A DNA stretch of 64,000 nucleotides, from positions 1-64,000 of the forward strand of contig QPGO01000301.1 in assembly GCA_008632985.1 (NCBI GenBank), written 5' to 3'. This document shows, one piece after another, positions 61,947 through 64,000 of this stretch. The notes beneath the pieces are model-generated. The model saw nothing but the letters and a program-made list of their open reading frames with translations. It was not told the origin of the DNA and ran no database searches. Source of the DNA: Psammoneis japonica (Eukaryota). The first letter of the stretch is position 1, and every line of letters begins with the position of its first letter. A program made the translations under genes and the position numbers.

Positions 61947-63716
61947 TTATGGATGATCGAATCTAGTATTGCCACGCATTGATATGCATCTTTGTTGTTT
62001 TCTAGTCAACATTGCAGGCTGCAGGATAATGCACCGCCAGCATCTCAGGCAGGACCACTTCTCCAAAGGCTGTGAGCACATCTTCCTGTAGGTCCAAAAG
62101 TCGGCTCTCAGATAGCGCGGGAATTCAATTTGAACGCCATCAATCGAACCTCCATACTGACTTCCATGAGTTTCAATGTTGTAGCCACCTTGAAAATACG
62201 ATTCTCCTTCCGCCGGAGCGCCGACCTGGGGTGATGGGACAGACAAGTATCCAGTCGCATTTGCAGCCGTCGGCATCTCAAACAACGCCCCCATACTCGA
62301 GCTGCCACGGACGACACTTGAAAAGGAAGCGCTCTTGTGCGTGGGCATATTCTTGATGGAGCTCGTATAAGCCAGACCGTCAACAGACGAGTCATCTTGG
62401 CGCAGTTGGCTAGAACTGATCTTGTATCCCAGCTCAATACGTGCTTCGGGATGAGTGTCCCATGAAAATCGACAAGCAGACCTGCACCACATAGGTGGTT
62501 TTTCGATGTAAGCTCGGGCGGTTGCGGTAAAGTTGTGGAACTCGTTGTAAGCATCAATGGCCGTTTGGTCAAATTGCGCTGCCTCTTCGACTTCGCGGTT
62601 GGGATCGAGTTTGATTCGACCAAACGGTTGACCACTAAATGACACGTTTTGTTTGTATAGGCTTCAAAGATATCGTTTGCCCTGCGGGCCATATCTTGGG
62701 TGTTTTCGTCGTTTGCGGTAACGGCACGACATTCATCCGGATCCTCTGGTGCACACGTTTTGCTCCAGTCACAGCTTGAACCATCCCAGCATCCGTGGGT
62801 ACGGTCGTCAATGTCACTGGATAAACATCGCCGTCGTGACCCGTGAGAATGATACAAGCAGCCGTTCCGGGGATGTATTCAGTGTACCCATTTGCTCCGC
62901 GCTGACCTGTGCGAATAACAAAGGGAGTTGACGGTGCTTGGTAGTCAGAAAGACGAGTTGTACGGGAAGATGTTGTCTTGAAGCGTTTACGATTGACCAT
63001 CCACTCCTTGAGGGTTTCGAGTGTGGCAGACTGCAAGCAACACAAAGAGGAAAGAGCGACAAAATGGTGAGAGAAATAATTTCTATAGAAGCTCGTCTCT
63101 CGTGTATTGGTTTAATTTTCGTTTCTTACCTTGGCATACCAGGGTCGGTACCAAAAGCTATCCGAATGAGAGAATGAAACCGCGGATACTCCATCCACGA
63201 GACCCGTTGGCAGGGCGCTCTGATCGTAACTCGTAGCGCTTGCACAATCTTCCCAACCTCCAGTCGAGTCAAACGCAAAAATCAAGCTGGGATTCGTCGT
63301 GCTACCTTGATAGACAATGAGCTGGTCGCCATTTCCAGTGGAAAACGAGACGGAGCCAGACAGAACCTCCCACTCCGGTCCTTGAGTGCTGCCGTCGTCG
63401 ACAAATTCAAAAACGCTTCCGGCCGTTACGGTCGTTTGGGCGGTGAATTTGATGACAGATTCACCGGATTGAAAGCCAGTGCAAGTCCATCCTTTGTCGG
63501 TAAAGAAGATTTCCGTTCCTGCATCGAGTGCCACCCAAGTCACGAATGCAAAAGCGTCAGGGTTGTCCGACGCAAACGCGACAATTTGAATGTCGTTGGA
63601 GAAAGGACTGTCGCAGCGTTGCAACAGATGGATCGATTCGAAGATAACAGCAACGCCGCTACTACTGTTAGAGCGGCGTTCGAAAAACGACGAATAAGCG
63701 GTGCTAAGCCAACCAT
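61947..63716 (-). pseudogene. Secreted N-formylglutamate-amidohydrolase-like protein with an N-terminal beta domain; several frameshifts
   Basis: Signal peptide; FAFVTWVALDAGTEIFFTDKGW; EYIPG...GHDG; RIKLDPNRE; GLLVDFHG; IELGY; YFQGGY...DGVQIEFP spread over shifting frames; 3' end uncertain. Confidence 0.6.
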
Positions 63717-64000
63717 GTCTGTGAAAAAAGTGAACTAATATGGCTTAGAGCTGAAGATGAGTATGAACGGATACGCGGGAGACAAACGAGATGGCGTCGT
63801 AGTGAGCCACGTATTCCGATCACGACTAAGAATGCGCGGAAGACAAAGGATATGATGGAATGACGTCGTTGTAGGGCCCTATTCCGATAACGAGTGGCAA
63901 ACAACGACAATGAAGAGTGATGATGACTGATGAAAGAGAGAGAGAAAATAGTAATAGAGTCGATCATCGATCACGAGTGGAGAAGATCGAGTGAAGTCAT

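Overview
Eukaryotic DNA, most likely a diatom (inferred from CoDi-type Copia elements, ~80-bp GT-AG introns and gene content). Islands of ordinary genes lie at ~3.8-6.8, 48-52.8 and 55.8-64 kb: a cytochrome P450, a DTW-domain tRNA enzyme, a secreted CBM96/M64-like peptidase, a kinesin-14 and a frameshifted FG-amidohydrolase-like gene. Between them are three sharply bounded transposon-rich domains (~0.33-3.76, ~6.8-48.0 and ~52.9-55.8 kb). The largest holds nested elements: a Plavaka-like transposase region, a non-autonomous LTR element, and a 15.6-kb Sola-like TIR transposon into which a full-length Copia has inserted. The main signal is that TpA in these domains has been converted to TpG or CpA (A:T>G:C on either strand), the reverse of fungal RIP. 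This is visible in two LTR pairs, a 20-unit tandem array, a duplicated host gene, and Tyr>Cys/His changes in conserved motifs. It runs ahead of ordinary CpG decay. It looks like a region-targeted hypermutation system that I do not know to be described. The enzyme responsible is not in this window, and a base-calling artefact must be excluded. All counts are by eye.
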